A stretch of 64,000 bases of DNA from an uncultured cyanobacterium (GTDB lineage Bacteria > Cyanobacteriota > Cyanobacteriia > Cyanobacteriales > CAWCAG01): positions 1 to 64,000 of the forward strand of contig CAWDOD010000007.1 in the NCBI GenBank assembly GCA_963803805.1, written 5' to 3'. The notes beneath the pieces are model-generated. The model was not told the origin of the DNA. It searched no databases and saw only the letters and a program-made list of their open reading frames with translations. The number at the start of each line of letters is the position of its first letter. Position 1 is the first letter of the stretch. This document shows positions 1 through 11,570 of the stretch, piece by piece. The position numbers and the translations under genes are program-made.

Positions 1-120
1 ATAATTTAGCTGGCTTAGTCGTCCCTAAATAACTATAAAAAGAAAGGTAAATCATGAGTTTTTCGACAAAATTAAGCGATCGCAAAAACAACCAGTTCAA
101 GATAATTTTATACTCAAAAA

Positions 121-3100
121 CTAAGCACTAAAATACTTAGAAACAGGATGATAAGTAATAAAAGCAGTGGTGGATTGTTCTGGATACAACTGTTCGCTTT
201 CATCCATATATAAATTAATGCGATCGCAGCCTAACAACTCTATTTGTTTGTACTGATCGGGAATATTCGGACAAGCAGGATAACCGAAACTGAAACGGGA
301 ACCTTGATGACGCTGGGCGAGGACATCGCGAACATTATCAGGTTCTTGATCTCCGTAGCCCAACTCAAGGCGAATACGGGCGTGAGTCCATTCTGCTAGG
401 GCTTCTGCCACTTGGACTGCTAAACCATGGTAATAAAGGTAGTTGGTGTAGTCGTCAGCCTCAAAGAGTTTTTTGGCGTATTGTGTAGCAATCTCCCCTA
501 CAGTAACAGCTTGCATAGGAAAGACATCCATAATACCAGATTCTTTGGTAGCAAAGAAGTCAGCAATACAAAGGCGGCGGCCAGATTTTTGCCGAGGAAA
601 ATCAAACTTAGCTACTTGTTGATGATGGTTTTCGGGGTCATAAAGATAAAGGGAATTAGCTTCAGCTTGGCAAGGAAAATAGCCATAAACTACCGTAGGA
701 TGTAAGAGATTTTCGGAAATAACTTTTTCTTGCCATTTTCCTAAAATGGGGTGAACTTTCTCAGCTAAAAAAGCATCGTATTCTTCCCTTGATTGGTCAC
801 GAGGTTTGCGGAATTGCCATTGCCCAGCAATTAAGGCTTGTAAATCTAAATACCAGAATAATTCTTCTAAAGGAATATCTTCCGGGGTTAATATTTTTGT
901 TCCCCAAAATGGTGGTTGGGGGCGTTCTAAATCTAAGGTGACAGCTTCGGAACGCCGGGTATCTAGAGGTTGTGGTTCAACTTCGAGCTTTTCTTTTTTA
1001 ACCTTACCATTACCATTACTTGCTGTCTTACTTTCTTCTTTTACTTCATCTAAAAAGCCTTGTAAGTTATCCCAATTATTAGCAGCTTTAGCCGGCATTA
1101 ACTTATCCATGAAATGCAAATCAGCAAAAGCATCCTTACCATAAATAACCTTCCCTTGGTAAGTATCTTGGCAGTCTCCATAGACAAATTTAGGGGTTAA
1201 AGCTGCCCCCCCCAAAATAACCGGGACATCAATACCTTTGTCATTAAAAGTTGCCAAATTATCTTTCATAAACGCTGTAGATTTAACCAACAAGCCACTC
1301 ATAGCAATACAATCAGCTTGATGTTCTTCATAAGCTTGAATAATATTATCTACAGGTTGTTTAATACCTAAATTAACCACCTTATAACCGTTATTGGAAA
1401 GAATAATATCAACGAGATTTTTCCCAATATCATGAACATCCCCTTTCACTGTAGCAATAACCACTGTGCCTTTAGCATTACTACTACTTTCATTCTTATC
1501 CATATATGGTTCTAAATATGCCACCGCCGCCTTCATAGTTTGGGCAGATTGAAGTACAAAAGGTAACTGCATTTGTCCAGAACCAAATAACTCTCCCACA
1601 ACCTTCATACCATCAAGGAGAAAGGTATTAATAATCTGTAAAGGAGGATATTGTGTCAAGGCTTTTTCTAACTGTTCTTCTAAACCAATTCTTTCCCCAT
1701 CAATAATATGATTTTTCAACCTCTCTGAAACCGGTAAATTCTCATCTACCTTTTTTTCCCGTTTCGTGGTTTTGCCTTGGAATAATTCTGTTAACTTAGT
1801 TAAAGGATCATAAGTACAAATATCCCCGCTAAATTGACGGCGATCGCTGATTAAATCCTGACAAATTTGTTGATGTTCCGGTTCAATCTTGGCTAAGGGT
1901 AAAATCTTGCTGGCACTGACAATAGCTGCATCCAAACCCACTGCCATAGTTTCATGTAAAAAGACAGAATTTAATACTTGGCGGGCGGCGGGATTTAAGC
2001 CAAAAGAAACATTAGAAACTCCCAAAATTATATGGCAACCGGGCAACTCTGCCCTGATGCGTTTAATTGCCTCCACCGTTGCTTTGGCATTCTCTCTATC
2101 CTCTTCAATTCCTGTAGAAGCGGGTAAAGCCAAAGGATCAAAAAAGATTTCTTGGGGAGGAATGCCATAGTCTACCGCCGCTTTATAGGCACGTTGCGCG
2201 ATAGCAAACTTTTTATCTGCGGTACGCCCCATACCATCTTCATCAATGGTTCCGATCACAATACCTGCACCGTACTTCTTCCCTAATTCTAAAACCTGAT
2301 AAAACCTCTCTTCCCCATCTTCATAGTTAGTGGAGTTGAGGATACATTTACCCCCTGCAACCTTTAAGCCCGCCTCCATTTTCTCCCATTCAGTAGAATC
2401 CAACATCAGGGGTAAATTCACATTGTTAACCAAACGGGACACCAACTCGTGCATATCCTGCACTCCATCCCTACCCACATAATCCACGTTAACATCAAGA
2501 ATCTGCGCTCCTTCCTTAACCTGGGATTTTGCCAAAGAAACCAAACCATCCCAATCTTCATTGTTTAATAGAGTGCGACATTTCTTTGAACCGCTAGCAT
2601 TTAACCTTTCCCCCACAATCAAAAAAGAGTTTTCCTGTTGGTAACTTTGAGTACTATAAATAGAAGCCGCAGCAGGTTCATAATTCGGTTGCCGGGGTTT
2701 GGGAGTCAAATCCTTGGCTACTTCTGCCAATTGTTGGATATGATCTGGACGTGTACCGCAACAACCACCAATAACTTGCACTCCTAAATCTTCCACAAAG
2801 TGCATCAAAGACAGCCGCAATTCCATAGGGGTTAAGCGATAATGTGCCTCCCCCCCAACATTTTCTGGCAAACCAGCATTAGGGATGCAGGAAACAACAA
2901 AAGGAGAATGTTCCGAGAGATACTTAATATGTTCCTTCATCAAATCCGGCCCCGTTGCACAATTGAGGCCAAGAATATTAATCTTATAAGGTTCGAGAAT
3001 AGTTAATGCGGCGCTAATTTCTGAACCAACTAACATTGTCCCCATCTGTTCCATTGTGATAGAAACCATAATGGGTAAGCGTTCCTTTTTTTTTGCCAAC

Positions 3101-3642
3101 ACTTCTTCAATAGCGTTTAAAGCAGCTTTGATTTGCAACACATCCTGGCAAGTCTCCACCAACAACAAATCAACCCCGCCATCATATAACCCCTCAACCT
3201 GTTCTACATAAGCATCTTTGAGGGTATCAAAATCAATATGCCCCAAGGTGGGTAATTTAGTTCCTGGACCCATAGAACCTGCTACAAAGCGAGGTTTTTC
3301 GGGGGTAGCATACTCTGCTGCCACTTCCTTTGCCAACTCTGCTGCCCGTTTATTTAAGTAGTAAGCTTGATCTCCTAAGTCATATTCTGCCAAAACCACA
3401 GAAGTACCACCAAAGGTATCCGTTTCAATCACATCCGTACCCACCTCCAAGAAACCGCGATGCACTTTTTTCACTGCTTCGGGTTTCGTATGCACCAAAT
3501 ACTCATTGCAACCCTCATACTCCGCCCCACCAAAATCTGCTGCGGTGAGGTTTTGGGTTTGTAAGGAAGTTCCCATGGCCCCATCGAAGACAATTACGGG
3601 ACGTTGGGGACTATTAAGGTGGTTGAGGAAGGCACTTTTCAC
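121..3642 (-). CDS. metH: B12-dependent methionine synthase
   Basis: 1173 aa, GTG start. Hcy-binding domain (DGAMGT, GGCCGT), pterin-binding domain, cobalamin-binding motif GDVHDIGKN and C-terminal activation domain ([10 protein letters not shown]). Confidence 0.97.
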   Translation of the reverse strand: MKSAFLNHLNSPQRPVIVFDGAMGTSLQTQNLTAADFGGAEYEGCNEYLVHTKPEAVKKVHRGFLEVGTDVIETDTFGGTSVVLAEYDLGDQAYYLNKRAAELAKEVAAEYATPEKPRFVAGSMGPGTKLPTLGHIDFDTLKDAYVEQVEGLYDGGVDLLLVETCQDVLQIKAALNAIEEVLAKKKERLPIMVSITMEQMGTMLVGSEISAALTILEPYKINILGLNCATGPDLMKEHIKYLSEHSPFVVSCIPNAGLPENVGGEAHYRLTPMELRLSLMHFVEDLGVQVIGGCCGTRPDHIQQLAEVAKDLTPKPRQPNYEPAAASIYSTQSYQQENSFLIVGERLNASGSKKCRTLLNNEDWDGLVSLAKSQVKEGAQILDVNVDYVGRDGVQDMHELVSRLVNNVNLPLMLDSTEWEKMEAGLKVAGGKCILNSTNYEDGEERFYQVLELGKKYGAGIVIGTIDEDGMGRTADKKFAIAQRAYKAAVDYGIPPQEIFFDPLALPASTGIEEDRENAKATVEAIKRIRAELPGCHIILGVSNVSFGLNPAARQVLNSVFLHETMAVGLDAAIVSASKILPLAKIEPEHQQICQDLISDRRQFSGDICTYDPLTKLTELFQGKTTKREKKVDENLPVSERLKNHIIDGERIGLEEQLEKALTQYPPLQIINTFLLDGMKVVGELFGSGQMQLPFVLQSAQTMKAAVAYLEPYMDKNESSSNAKGTVVIATVKGDVHDIGKNLVDIILSNNGYKVVNLGIKQPVDNIIQAYEEHQADCIAMSGLLVKSTAFMKDNLATFNDKGIDVPVILGGAALTPKFVYGDCQDTYQGKVIYGKDAFADLHFMDKLMPAKAANNWDNLQGFLDEVKEESKTASNGNGKVKKEKLEVEPQPLDTRRSEAVTLDLERPQPPFWGTKILTPEDIPLEELFWYLDLQALIAGQWQFRKPRDQSREEYDAFLAEKVHPILGKWQEKVISENLLHPTVVYGYFPCQAEANSLYLYDPENHHQQVAKFDFPRQKSGRRLCIADFFATKESGIMDVFPMQAVTVGEIATQYAKKLFEADDYTNYLYYHGLAVQVAEALAEWTHARIRLELGYGDQEPDNVRDVLAQRHQGSRFSFGYPACPNIPDQYKQIELLGCDRINLYMDESEQLYPEQSTTAFITYHPVSKYFSA

Positions 3643-3725
3643 GGTTATTGATTGTTAGTAGACGGTTATAAATAAATTTTAATCTGTAATAGCCAAGTAG
3701 TTTAATAAAAAGTAGTTACCCAACT

Positions 3726-4121
3726 TTAAGTAAAAGGATTTAGTATTTGTAGATCACAATCGTCAAAATCCCGTACATTGCGAGTTACAATCGTAAGCTG
3801 ATTAACCTGAGCAGTTGCAGCGATCAGCATATCAGCTTGTGTACGGGGCTTTCCCTGAGTTCTGAGATAGCCCCTGAGTTCACCAGACCTTTTGGCAATT
3901 CCTGGAGTAATAGGAAGTATAGTACAGTAGTTTTCGATAAGCTGATTAATACCTTCAGTGATTCTTGAATTAGGCTTTGAGGCTAAACCATAATAAATTT
4001 CTTCCACTGTCACAACACTCAAATAGATTGATGAAACCTGTGTACTCCAAGTTAGAACTCCCGGATTTGGTTGAGGGCGTACTAATTCACTGATGACATT
4101 AGTATCACAAAGAAATGTCAT
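3726..4121 (-). CDS. PIN-domain (VapC-type) toxin
   Basis: 131 aa with PIN motifs DTNVISE, EEIYYG, DMLIAATA and TRNVRDF. Confidence 0.9.
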   Translation of the reverse strand: MTFLCDTNVISELVRPQPNPGVLTWSTQVSSIYLSVVTVEEIYYGLASKPNSRITEGINQLIENYCTILPITPGIAKRSGELRGYLRTQGKPRTQADMLIAATAQVNQLTIVTRNVRDFDDCDLQILNPFT

Positions 4122-4129
4122 AGAGTCTT

Positions 4130-4396
4130 TTACTCAAAAGGATTAGAGCGATTGTGGCGAACAGGAGTTTCTAGAATGTAGTTCTCTTCAAGACAACTTT
4201 GACGTAACTTAGCAAACATATCTGCTAAGGGAGGTTTTTGTTGTTGCTGATGCCAAATCAGGAATTGCTCAAACATCTGTGTTTCTATAACAGCCGCCAC
4301 AGGACGTTCTTGTTGATAGATAATTTGTGGTTCAGAGCTTGCAGCCTTAATTAATTCGCTTAATTTCTGTTGTGCTTCTTCTAGCGTCCAAGCCAT
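4130..4396 (-). CDS. Phd/YefM-like antitoxin
   Basis: 88 aa, 8 bp upstream of the PIN gene. N-terminus WTLEEAQQKLSELIKAA...PQII...PVAAVI is typical of prevent-host-death antitoxins. Confidence 0.8.
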   Translation of the reverse strand: MAWTLEEAQQKLSELIKAASSEPQIIYQQERPVAAVIETQMFEQFLIWHQQQQKPPLADMFAKLRQSCLEENYILETPVRHNRSNPFE

Positions 4397-4512
4397 TTTT
4401 TTCTTGATATAAAAGGTTGTTTAACTCAATAATATTTTAGTGATTAAACTAGGCGATCGCAGCCTAAATAATTCTCTTTATTCATCTTAGGCAACTAGCA
4501 ACTAGCCATTAA

Positions 4513-5991
4513 CTAAAACAAATCTGCCCCTTCAATCTTGCCTACTTTTTGAGCATTGGCTGCTTCGCCACAACTACGGGGAGTAGGAAATAACTTACCA
4601 GGATTTGCTAAACCCTTACTATTCCAAACCTGCCGCACATACTGCATAGTTTCTAAATCTACATCGCTAAACATATCCGGCATATAACAATTTTTATCTG
4701 CACCAATGCCATGTTCTCCTGAGATGCTTCCTCCAGCTTTAACACAGAGTTTGAGGATTTCTCCCCCAACTTTTTCTACTGCTTCTAAAGCACCTTCAAT
4801 TGCTTCATTGTAAAGAATAAGGGGGTGCAAATTACCATCTCCAGCATGGAAAACATTGGCGATACGATAGCCAGATGCTTCGCTTAAAGCTTCAATTTCC
4901 CCTAATACTTCCGCTAACTTGGTGCGGGGAATTACCCCATCTTGAACAAAATAATTAGGACTAAGTAAACCCGCAGCGGCGAAGGCTGCTTTGCGCCCTT
5001 TCCACATTTTTAACCTTGTCTCAGCATCATTGGCAGAAGTGGTACTCCTCGCCCCATTTTCTTGACAAATTTTAGCTATTTGCTTTTTATTCGCTGCCAC
5101 TTCCACTTCTAAACCATCCAACTCTACTAAAAGAATCGCCCCAGCATCGCGGGGATAACAGTTTGTGGCAACCACATCTTCTACGGCATTAATACTCAGG
5201 TTATCCATCATTTCCATACCCGCCGGAATGATGCCACTACTAATAATCCCCGTTACCGCATTTCCTGCTTCCTCAATACTATTAAAATCAGCTAAGAGAA
5301 CACAAATAGCTTCCGGACGTTTGAGGATGCGCAAAGTAATCTCTGTAGCGATGCCTAGAGTGCCTTCAGAACCGACAAAAACTCCCGTTAGGTCATAACC
5401 AGGCATTTCTTGAATTTGCCCCCCAATATCGATGATAGAACCTTCAGGAGTAACTACTTTTAAACCGATGACGTGGTTGGTGGTAACACCATATTTAAGA
5501 CAATGAACCCCCCCAGAATTTTCCGCCACATTACCGCCAATAGAACAAATAATCTGGCTAGAAGGATCGGGGGCATAATAAAAACCAGCACCGCTTACAG
5601 CTTGAGTTACCCAATTATTAATCACCCCCGGTTCTACAGTAATGCGATGGTTTTCCATATCAACATCCAGGATGCGCTTCATCCTAGCAGTAACAATGAG
5701 AACCCCATCTTCAATAGGTAAAGCGCCACCAGATAATCCAGTTCCCGCCCCCCTAGCCACCCAAGGAATATCGTTGTCGTGGCAAACCTTCACTGCTGCT
5801 GCCACTTGTTCAGTAGTCTTAGGAAGTACCACTAAAGCAGGGCGCTGGCGATAACTAGCCAAACCATCGCATTCGTAGGTAAGTAATTCATCTTTGCGCT
5901 TCACAATGCCATCTTTACCAATGAGGCGTTGTAATTCCTTGATGATTGGTTGCCAATGGCGTTTTTGCTTTTTAATCGGGTTAGCCAGCAT
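4513..5991 (-). CDS. glcD: Glycolate oxidase/dehydrogenase FAD-linked subunit
   Basis: FAD-binding PCMH motifs RGAGTGLSGG, APDPSS, GGNVAENSGG, HAGDGNLHP and SGEHGIG. Confidence 0.92.
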   Translation of the reverse strand: MLANPIKKQKRHWQPIIKELQRLIGKDGIVKRKDELLTYECDGLASYRQRPALVVLPKTTEQVAAAVKVCHDNDIPWVARGAGTGLSGGALPIEDGVLIVTARMKRILDVDMENHRITVEPGVINNWVTQAVSGAGFYYAPDPSSQIICSIGGNVAENSGGVHCLKYGVTTNHVIGLKVVTPEGSIIDIGGQIQEMPGYDLTGVFVGSEGTLGIATEITLRILKRPEAICVLLADFNSIEEAGNAVTGIISSGIIPAGMEMMDNLSINAVEDVVATNCYPRDAGAILLVELDGLEVEVAANKKQIAKICQENGARSTTSANDAETRLKMWKGRKAAFAAAGLLSPNYFVQDGVIPRTKLAEVLGEIEALSEASGYRIANVFHAGDGNLHPLILYNEAIEGALEAVEKVGGEILKLCVKAGGSISGEHGIGADKNCYMPDMFSDVDLETMQYVRQVWNSKGLANPGKLFPTPRSCGEAANAQKVGKIEGADLF

Positions 5992-6139
5992 TTGTTATAG
6001 ATATAGCTACATATTTTTGAATTCTAATTCTATTGTCCCAAGAAATTAACTTTTTTAACCTCAATTCAATTATTTTGAGCAACTACAGGGGAATAATAAA
6101 CTCAAGATAAACATTTCCTTACCTTAACCAAAGAGAAAT

Positions 6140-9100
6140 TTGAATTTTAAATCTGTTAAGCTTATGACCATAAATAAATCCCACCAAGCCCCCACCGAAC
6201 TTCCTGGCTATGAACTACAAAAAACAATTTATAACGGTATACGCACCCTGGTTTATCAAGGTATTTCTAAAGTAGAGCAAAAACCTGTAGTTATTAAAGT
6301 TCTCAAAAAAGAATACCCTACATTTCAAGAAATAGTACATTTTAGAAATCAGTATGGGATCGTCAAAAATCTTGATGTAGCTGGTATTGTTCAGCCCATT
6401 GCTTTAGAAAACCATGGTAATGGCTTAGCTTTGATTATGGAAGACGATGGGAGCATTTCTCTGAGTGAAGAATTGAAGAGTAGAGAAGCTCAAAATCTTT
6501 CCTTAGAGGAATTTTTTTCTATTGCTATTCAGCTAGCTGAGATTTTAGAAGGATTATATAGAAATCGAGTTATTCACAAAGATATTAAGCCTGGCAATAT
6601 TCTTATTAATCTCCAAACAAAGCAAATTAAGTTAATTGACTTTAGTATCGCTTCATTGTTACCAAAAGAACAACAGGAAATTCATAACCCTAATATTTTA
6701 GAAGGAACCCTAGCTTACATTTCCCCAGAACAAACTGGCAGGATGAACAGAGGCATTGATTACCGTAGTGATTTTTATTCATTGGGGGTAACTTTCTATC
6801 AATTGCTGGCAGGAAAGTTGCCATTTGAGAGTAATGATGTTATGGAGTTAGTACATTGTCATTTAGCTAAAACGGCTTTGCCGTTTGGGAGTAGGAAAGG
6901 GAAAGAAGAAATTCCTCGAATCCTTGTAGATATTGTCATGAAGTTGATGGCGAAGAATGCAGAAAAACGCTATCAGAGTGCTTTGGGTTTGAAGTATGAT
7001 TTAGAAAAATGCTGGCAACAATGGCAAGAGAATGGGAAAGTTGAGGCATTTGAGTTGGGAGAAAGGGATATCTGCGATCGCTTCCTTATCCCCGAAAAAC
7101 TCTACGGAAGGGAAACTGAAGTTGCCCAGTTATTAAGGGCGTTTGAGAGAGTCTCCCAAGGAGATGGGGAGAGGGGCAACTCAGAACTTTTCCTAGTAGC
7201 CGGATTCTCTGGAATTGGCAAAACTGCCGTTGTTAATGAAGTTCATAAACCGATTACCCAACACCACGGATATTTCATCAAAGGTAAATTTGATCAGTTC
7301 AACCGTAATATTCCTTTATCAGCTTTTGTACAGGCATTGCGGGATTTGATGGGACAGTTGTTGTCAGAATCCGAGGTACAACTAGCCCAGTGGCGAAGCA
7401 AGATTTTAGAAGCGGTAGGAGAGAATGGACAGGTTTTAATAGAGGTAATTCCGGAACTAGAACTAATTATTAATTCACAACCCTCTGTTGCTGAACTATC
7501 AGGAATAGCGGCACAAAACCGCTTTAATTTACTCTTTCAGAAATTCATAGCAGTATTTACAACAGCTAAGCATCCCCTGGTTATTTTCCTAGATGACTTG
7601 CAGTGGGCTGATTCAGCTTCTCTAAAGTCTATCGAACTACTCATGGAGGATAAAAGTCATCTACTCTTGCTGGGGGCTTATCGAGATAATGAAGTTTCAC
7701 CAGTACACCCGTTAATGTTAATGGTGGAGGAACTAAAAAAAGCCCAGGCAGAGGTTAATACCATTACCCTAAACCCTCTTACCTTCTCTGATACAAATCA
7801 GTTAGTTGCTGATACATTAAATTGTTCAACAGAGCGATCCCAACCCCTAACAGAATTAATCGAACGCAAAACCAAAGGTAATCCTTTCTTTACCACCCAG
7901 TTTCTCAAAGTATTACACGCAGACAGACAGATTATCTTTAATGGCGATCTTGGCTATTGGGAATGTGATCTTACCCAATTGAATACCTTATCCCTTACCG
8001 ATGATGTTGTAGAATTGATGGCACAACAATTGCAGAAATTGCCGAGAGAGACGCAACAGGTTCTCAAGTTAGCTGCTTGTATTGGCAATCAGTTTAGTTT
8101 AGATACATTGGCAATTGTTTCAGAACGCTCAGAACCAAAGACAGCAAAGCTTTTGTGGAAAGCTTTGCAGGAAGGTCTGATTCTGCCGAAAAGTGAAGTG
8201 TACAAATTTTATTTAAGCCCTGATGAAACGGATGTAGGTACTAACCACATTAAAAATGCAACCTATAGATTTTTGCATGATCGCGTTCAACAAGCTGCCT
8301 ATTCTTTAATTCCTGAAGACCAAAAGCAATTAACCCACTACAAGATTGGTAAGCTACTACTAGGGAATTTATCAATCTCAGAACGGGAAGAGAAAATCTT
8401 TGATGTAGTTAATCAAATCAACATTGGAAAACTGTTACTCCCAGATGCGAGGGCGAAAAAACAACTTGCTGAACTTAATTTAAGGGCAGGTCAAAAGGCT
8501 AAGGCTTCTACGGCTTACGAAGCAGCAAAAACCTATCTCCAAGCCGGGATTGACTTACTAGAAGAAGATGCTTGGACTGCTGCTTATTCTCTTATGTTTG
8601 ACCTACACTTCGATTTAGCAGAAGCAGCATTGTTGAGTGGCAATTTCCCATTGTTAGAGGAGACGGTATTAATTCTACTCAAATTCGCCAATGCAAACTT
8701 AGACCGAGCCAAAATTTATGTTCTCAAGGTAACTCAGTATTCCTTGCAAGGGCAGTTTGCAGAATCAATCCAAGCGGGCTTAGAAGGATTACAGCATCTT
8801 GGTATTACTGTTGATAAAAACAACTTGCCACAATTAGCTCAAGAAGAGTTTGCTAGCGTTGAAAATAGCTTGGAAAAACGTTCTATCGCTGCTTTGTTAG
8901 ATTTGCCTATCACGAAGAATTTAGAAACTCATGCTGCCCTCGAATTATTGATTAATATACAACCCTCAGCCTATATTGTCTCCAATTTTGATTTGTACAG
9001 TTTCGTAACTTTTAGAGCAGTCCATTTATCCATTGAACAAGGTAACACAACTGAATCAGTCAAAGCTTATGTCTCCTACGGTTTTTTGCTGGGAGTAATG

Positions 9101-11563
9101 TACTCTCAGTACCAGCGTGGCATGAAATTTGCTGACCTTGCTCTGCAACTGAGTTATAAACTCAATAGTAGGTTTCAAGAATCTAGAGCTTGCTTTATGT
9201 TAGGTAGCGCTATTCAAGTTTGGGCCAAACCAATACAAGGGGCGGCTGAGATTAATTATCAAGGTTTCCTCGCAGGGCTAGAATCTGGAGAAATCGTCCA
9301 TGCAGGGTACAACCTCTACGCCAATATTCTTAATAGGTTGTTTGAGGGGGCAAACTTAGCAGATATTGCTATTGACATTGAGAAATATTGGCTAATGGGG
9401 GAGAAACTCAAGAACAATTTTTTACTAAGCATCCTTGCCGCTTCTCGTTTCTTTGTTAACCAACTCTTGCAATCCCCAAATGAGCAAGAAGAGACTAGAA
9501 TAATAGCACAGCAGGAATGGGTCAAGAATTCTGAAGCTTTGCAATCTCACACTGCCCTCGGCACTTATTACATTTTACAAATGCATCGAGCTTGTCTAAT
9601 TCAGGATTCTCAGCCAGACATACACTACGTTCAAGAGGCCGGTAAATTTCTTGGTAGCTGTGCAGGGTTTACCACTGCGGCCGGTTACTATTACTATAGT
9701 TCTCTCATTCTGTTGTCCTACTATGGGAATGTACCAGAAGAAGAGCATCATGATGTCTTGCAGCAAATCGAAACCAATCAAGCACAACTAAAAATTTGGT
9801 CAGAAAGTTGTCCAGAAAACTTCTTGCATAAGTATTACCTTATAGAAGCACAAAGATCACAAATACAGGGAAAATTCCTGGAAGCCTTAGAACTGTATGA
9901 TAGGGCGATTTCTGGAGCCAAAGAAAACGGTTACATTCAAGAACAAGCCCTAGGAAACGAACTAGCTGCTAAATTCTACCTCAATTGGGGCAAAGAGAAA
10001 ATAGCTGCTGTCTATATGCAAGAAGCTTACTATTGCTATGCTCATTGGGGAGCAAAAGCCAAAGTTGAGCAACTGCAAAAAGACTATCCCCAACTCCTAA
10101 CACCTATTTTACAACCGAGACAAGAAGAACAATCTCAACAAATGCCAGAAACTCTGACACTTGTCACCACTTCCCCCTATAGCCTCGCCTCCAGCCAAAC
10201 CAGTCTTTCAGAATCTCTAGACCTCTCAACAGTCCTTAAAGCTTCCCAATCTCTTTCCCAGGAAATCCATTTAGACCGCTTGTTATGTCTGATTATGGAA
10301 GTTATTGTCACCAATGCTGGAGCCAATGAAGGTACTCTACTATGGCTGAAAGAGGATGATCTAGTAATTGCAGCCCATTATTACCAGAAAGACAAACAAT
10401 GTAAAATTCCTAATGCTCCCTTAGAACAATACTCTAACTTACCCTTAAGCATCATTAATACCGTCAAGCGTAGTCAACAAGCAATTATCGTTAACCAAAG
10501 CCAAATAGAGACAAGGTGGGCTAATGACCCCTACTTAAGGCAGCATCAGCCTCAAAGTTGCTTGTGTATGCCGGTTTTACAGCAGGGTAAACTTCTAGCC
10601 TTGTTGTACTTAGAAAATCAGTTAACTCCAGGAGTCTTTAGTAAAAGTCGTCTAGAAATGCTCACCATGCTGACTTCCCAAGCAGCCATTTCCCTAGAAA
10701 ACGCTCAACTCTATCAAACCCTAGAAGAAAAAGTCAAACAGAGAACAAGGGAGTTAGAAGCAGCCCAAAAACAAATCATTTCCCAAGAAAAACTGGCTTC
10801 ATTAGGAGCCTTAACAGCAGGAGTAGCTCATGAATTACGCAATCCCCTTAACTTCGTTAATAACTATGCTGAAGGCTCAGTAGAATTGGCAACAGAATTA
10901 ATCGAAGCACTGGAAACTCCAGACTCCCTGAATCAAGATGACTTTGATTATCTTCAAGAAATTGCTACCGATCTTAAAGACAATGCTGGAGCGATTCAAA
11001 AACATGGTCAAAGGGCAGAAAGGATCATCTACAACATGATGCAACACTCTCGTCGTGATGATAACTCTTGCCAACTGACAGATATTAACAAACTCCTAGA
11101 TGAAGCTAGACAGTTGGCATATCACAGTAGAAGAAGCCGCGACAATAGTTTTAACGTTACTTTTGCTACCCAATATGATGAGTCAGTAGGAGAGTTAGAG
11201 GTATTTTCGGCTTCTTTGAATCGTGCTTTTATTAACCTCATTGATAACGCTTGTTACGCGGCTTGGAGTCAGTATCTTAAGCAAGGAGAAGCTTTTGTAC
11301 CACAGTTGTGGATTACTAGCCAAAATTTAGGTGAGGAAATAGAGATACGCATTCGTGATAATGGGGTGGGTATTCCTAGTGAAGCAAAAGAGAAAGTCTT
11401 TGAGCCATTCTTCACCACTAAACCTACGGGGGAAGGAACAGGGTTAGGATTATCTTTAACCCATGAAATTATTGTGGGGCAGCATGGGGGAACTCTAAGG
11501 GTAGAAAGCAAACCAGGTAGTTTTACAGAATTTATTCTTATACTGCCCAAGAAACTAGATTAA
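6140..11563 (+). CDS. Ser/Thr kinase - AAA(STAND-like) ATPase - helical region - GAF - histidine kinase (HstK-type)
   Basis: HKDIKPGN/DFS kinase motifs, Walker A GFSGIGKT, Walker B LDDLQWAD, GAF (LYLEN), H-box AHELRNPL and HATPase GTGLGL. The start may be the ATG at 6164. Confidence 0.93.
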   Translation: MNFKSVKLMTINKSHQAPTELPGYELQKTIYNGIRTLVYQGISKVEQKPVVIKVLKKEYPTFQEIVHFRNQYGIVKNLDVAGIVQPIALENHGNGLALIMEDDGSISLSEELKSREAQNLSLEEFFSIAIQLAEILEGLYRNRVIHKDIKPGNILINLQTKQIKLIDFSIASLLPKEQQEIHNPNILEGTLAYISPEQTGRMNRGIDYRSDFYSLGVTFYQLLAGKLPFESNDVMELVHCHLAKTALPFGSRKGKEEIPRILVDIVMKLMAKNAEKRYQSALGLKYDLEKCWQQWQENGKVEAFELGERDICDRFLIPEKLYGRETEVAQLLRAFERVSQGDGERGNSELFLVAGFSGIGKTAVVNEVHKPITQHHGYFIKGKFDQFNRNIPLSAFVQALRDLMGQLLSESEVQLAQWRSKILEAVGENGQVLIEVIPELELIINSQPSVAELSGIAAQNRFNLLFQKFIAVFTTAKHPLVIFLDDLQWADSASLKSIELLMEDKSHLLLLGAYRDNEVSPVHPLMLMVEELKKAQAEVNTITLNPLTFSDTNQLVADTLNCSTERSQPLTELIERKTKGNPFFTTQFLKVLHADRQIIFNGDLGYWECDLTQLNTLSLTDDVVELMAQQLQKLPRETQQVLKLAACIGNQFSLDTLAIVSERSEPKTAKLLWKALQEGLILPKSEVYKFYLSPDETDVGTNHIKNATYRFLHDRVQQAAYSLIPEDQKQLTHYKIGKLLLGNLSISEREEKIFDVVNQINIGKLLLPDARAKKQLAELNLRAGQKAKASTAYEAAKTYLQAGIDLLEEDAWTAAYSLMFDLHFDLAEAALLSGNFPLLEETVLILLKFANANLDRAKIYVLKVTQYSLQGQFAESIQAGLEGLQHLGITVDKNNLPQLAQEEFASVENSLEKRSIAALLDLPITKNLETHAALELLINIQPSAYIVSNFDLYSFVTFRAVHLSIEQGNTTESVKAYVSYGFLLGVMYSQYQRGMKFADLALQLSYKLNSRFQESRACFMLGSAIQVWAKPIQGAAEINYQGFLAGLESGEIVHAGYNLYANILNRLFEGANLADIAIDIEKYWLMGEKLKNNFLLSILAASRFFVNQLLQSPNEQEETRIIAQQEWVKNSEALQSHTALGTYYILQMHRACLIQDSQPDIHYVQEAGKFLGSCAGFTTAAGYYYYSSLILLSYYGNVPEEEHHDVLQQIETNQAQLKIWSESCPENFLHKYYLIEAQRSQIQGKFLEALELYDRAISGAKENGYIQEQALGNELAAKFYLNWGKEKIAAVYMQEAYYCYAHWGAKAKVEQLQKDYPQLLTPILQPRQEEQSQQMPETLTLVTTSPYSLASSQTSLSESLDLSTVLKASQSLSQEIHLDRLLCLIMEVIVTNAGANEGTLLWLKEDDLVIAAHYYQKDKQCKIPNAPLEQYSNLPLSIINTVKRSQQAIIVNQSQIETRWANDPYLRQHQPQSCLCMPVLQQGKLLALLYLENQLTPGVFSKSRLEMLTMLTSQAAISLENAQLYQTLEEKVKQRTRELEAAQKQIISQEKLASLGALTAGVAHELRNPLNFVNNYAEGSVELATELIEALETPDSLNQDDFDYLQEIATDLKDNAGAIQKHGQRAERIIYNMMQHSRRDDNSCQLTDINKLLDEARQLAYHSRRSRDNSFNVTFATQYDESVGELEVFSASLNRAFINLIDNACYAAWSQYLKQGEAFVPQLWITSQNLGEEIEIRIRDNGVGIPSEAKEKVFEPFFTTKPTGEGTGLGLSLTHEIIVGQHGGTLRVESKPGSFTEFILILPKKLD
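9914..11555 (+). repeat. ~1.64 kb near-identical direct repeat, copy 1 (copy 2 at 15300-16941)
   Basis: Constant offset of 5386 bp with only a handful of substitutions. Encodes the GAF-HisKA-HATPase module. Confidence 0.95.
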
Positions 11564-11570
11564 TAGAGTT

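Noticed and set aside
427-3548. Small ORFs antisense to or nested in long genes (here inside metH; likewise in the kinases, yyaL, slipin, fabG and psb29)
   Set aside because: Shadow ORFs of well-supported genes. The duplicated 93-aa antisense ORFs at 11269 and 16655 merely reflect the DNA repeat.
220-4467. 15-bp direct repeat GCGATCGCAGCCTAA at ~220 and ~4453 as possible att sites or target duplication
   Set aside because: Eight of the bases are the ubiquitous HIP1 octamer and one copy lies inside intact metH, so chance is sufficient.
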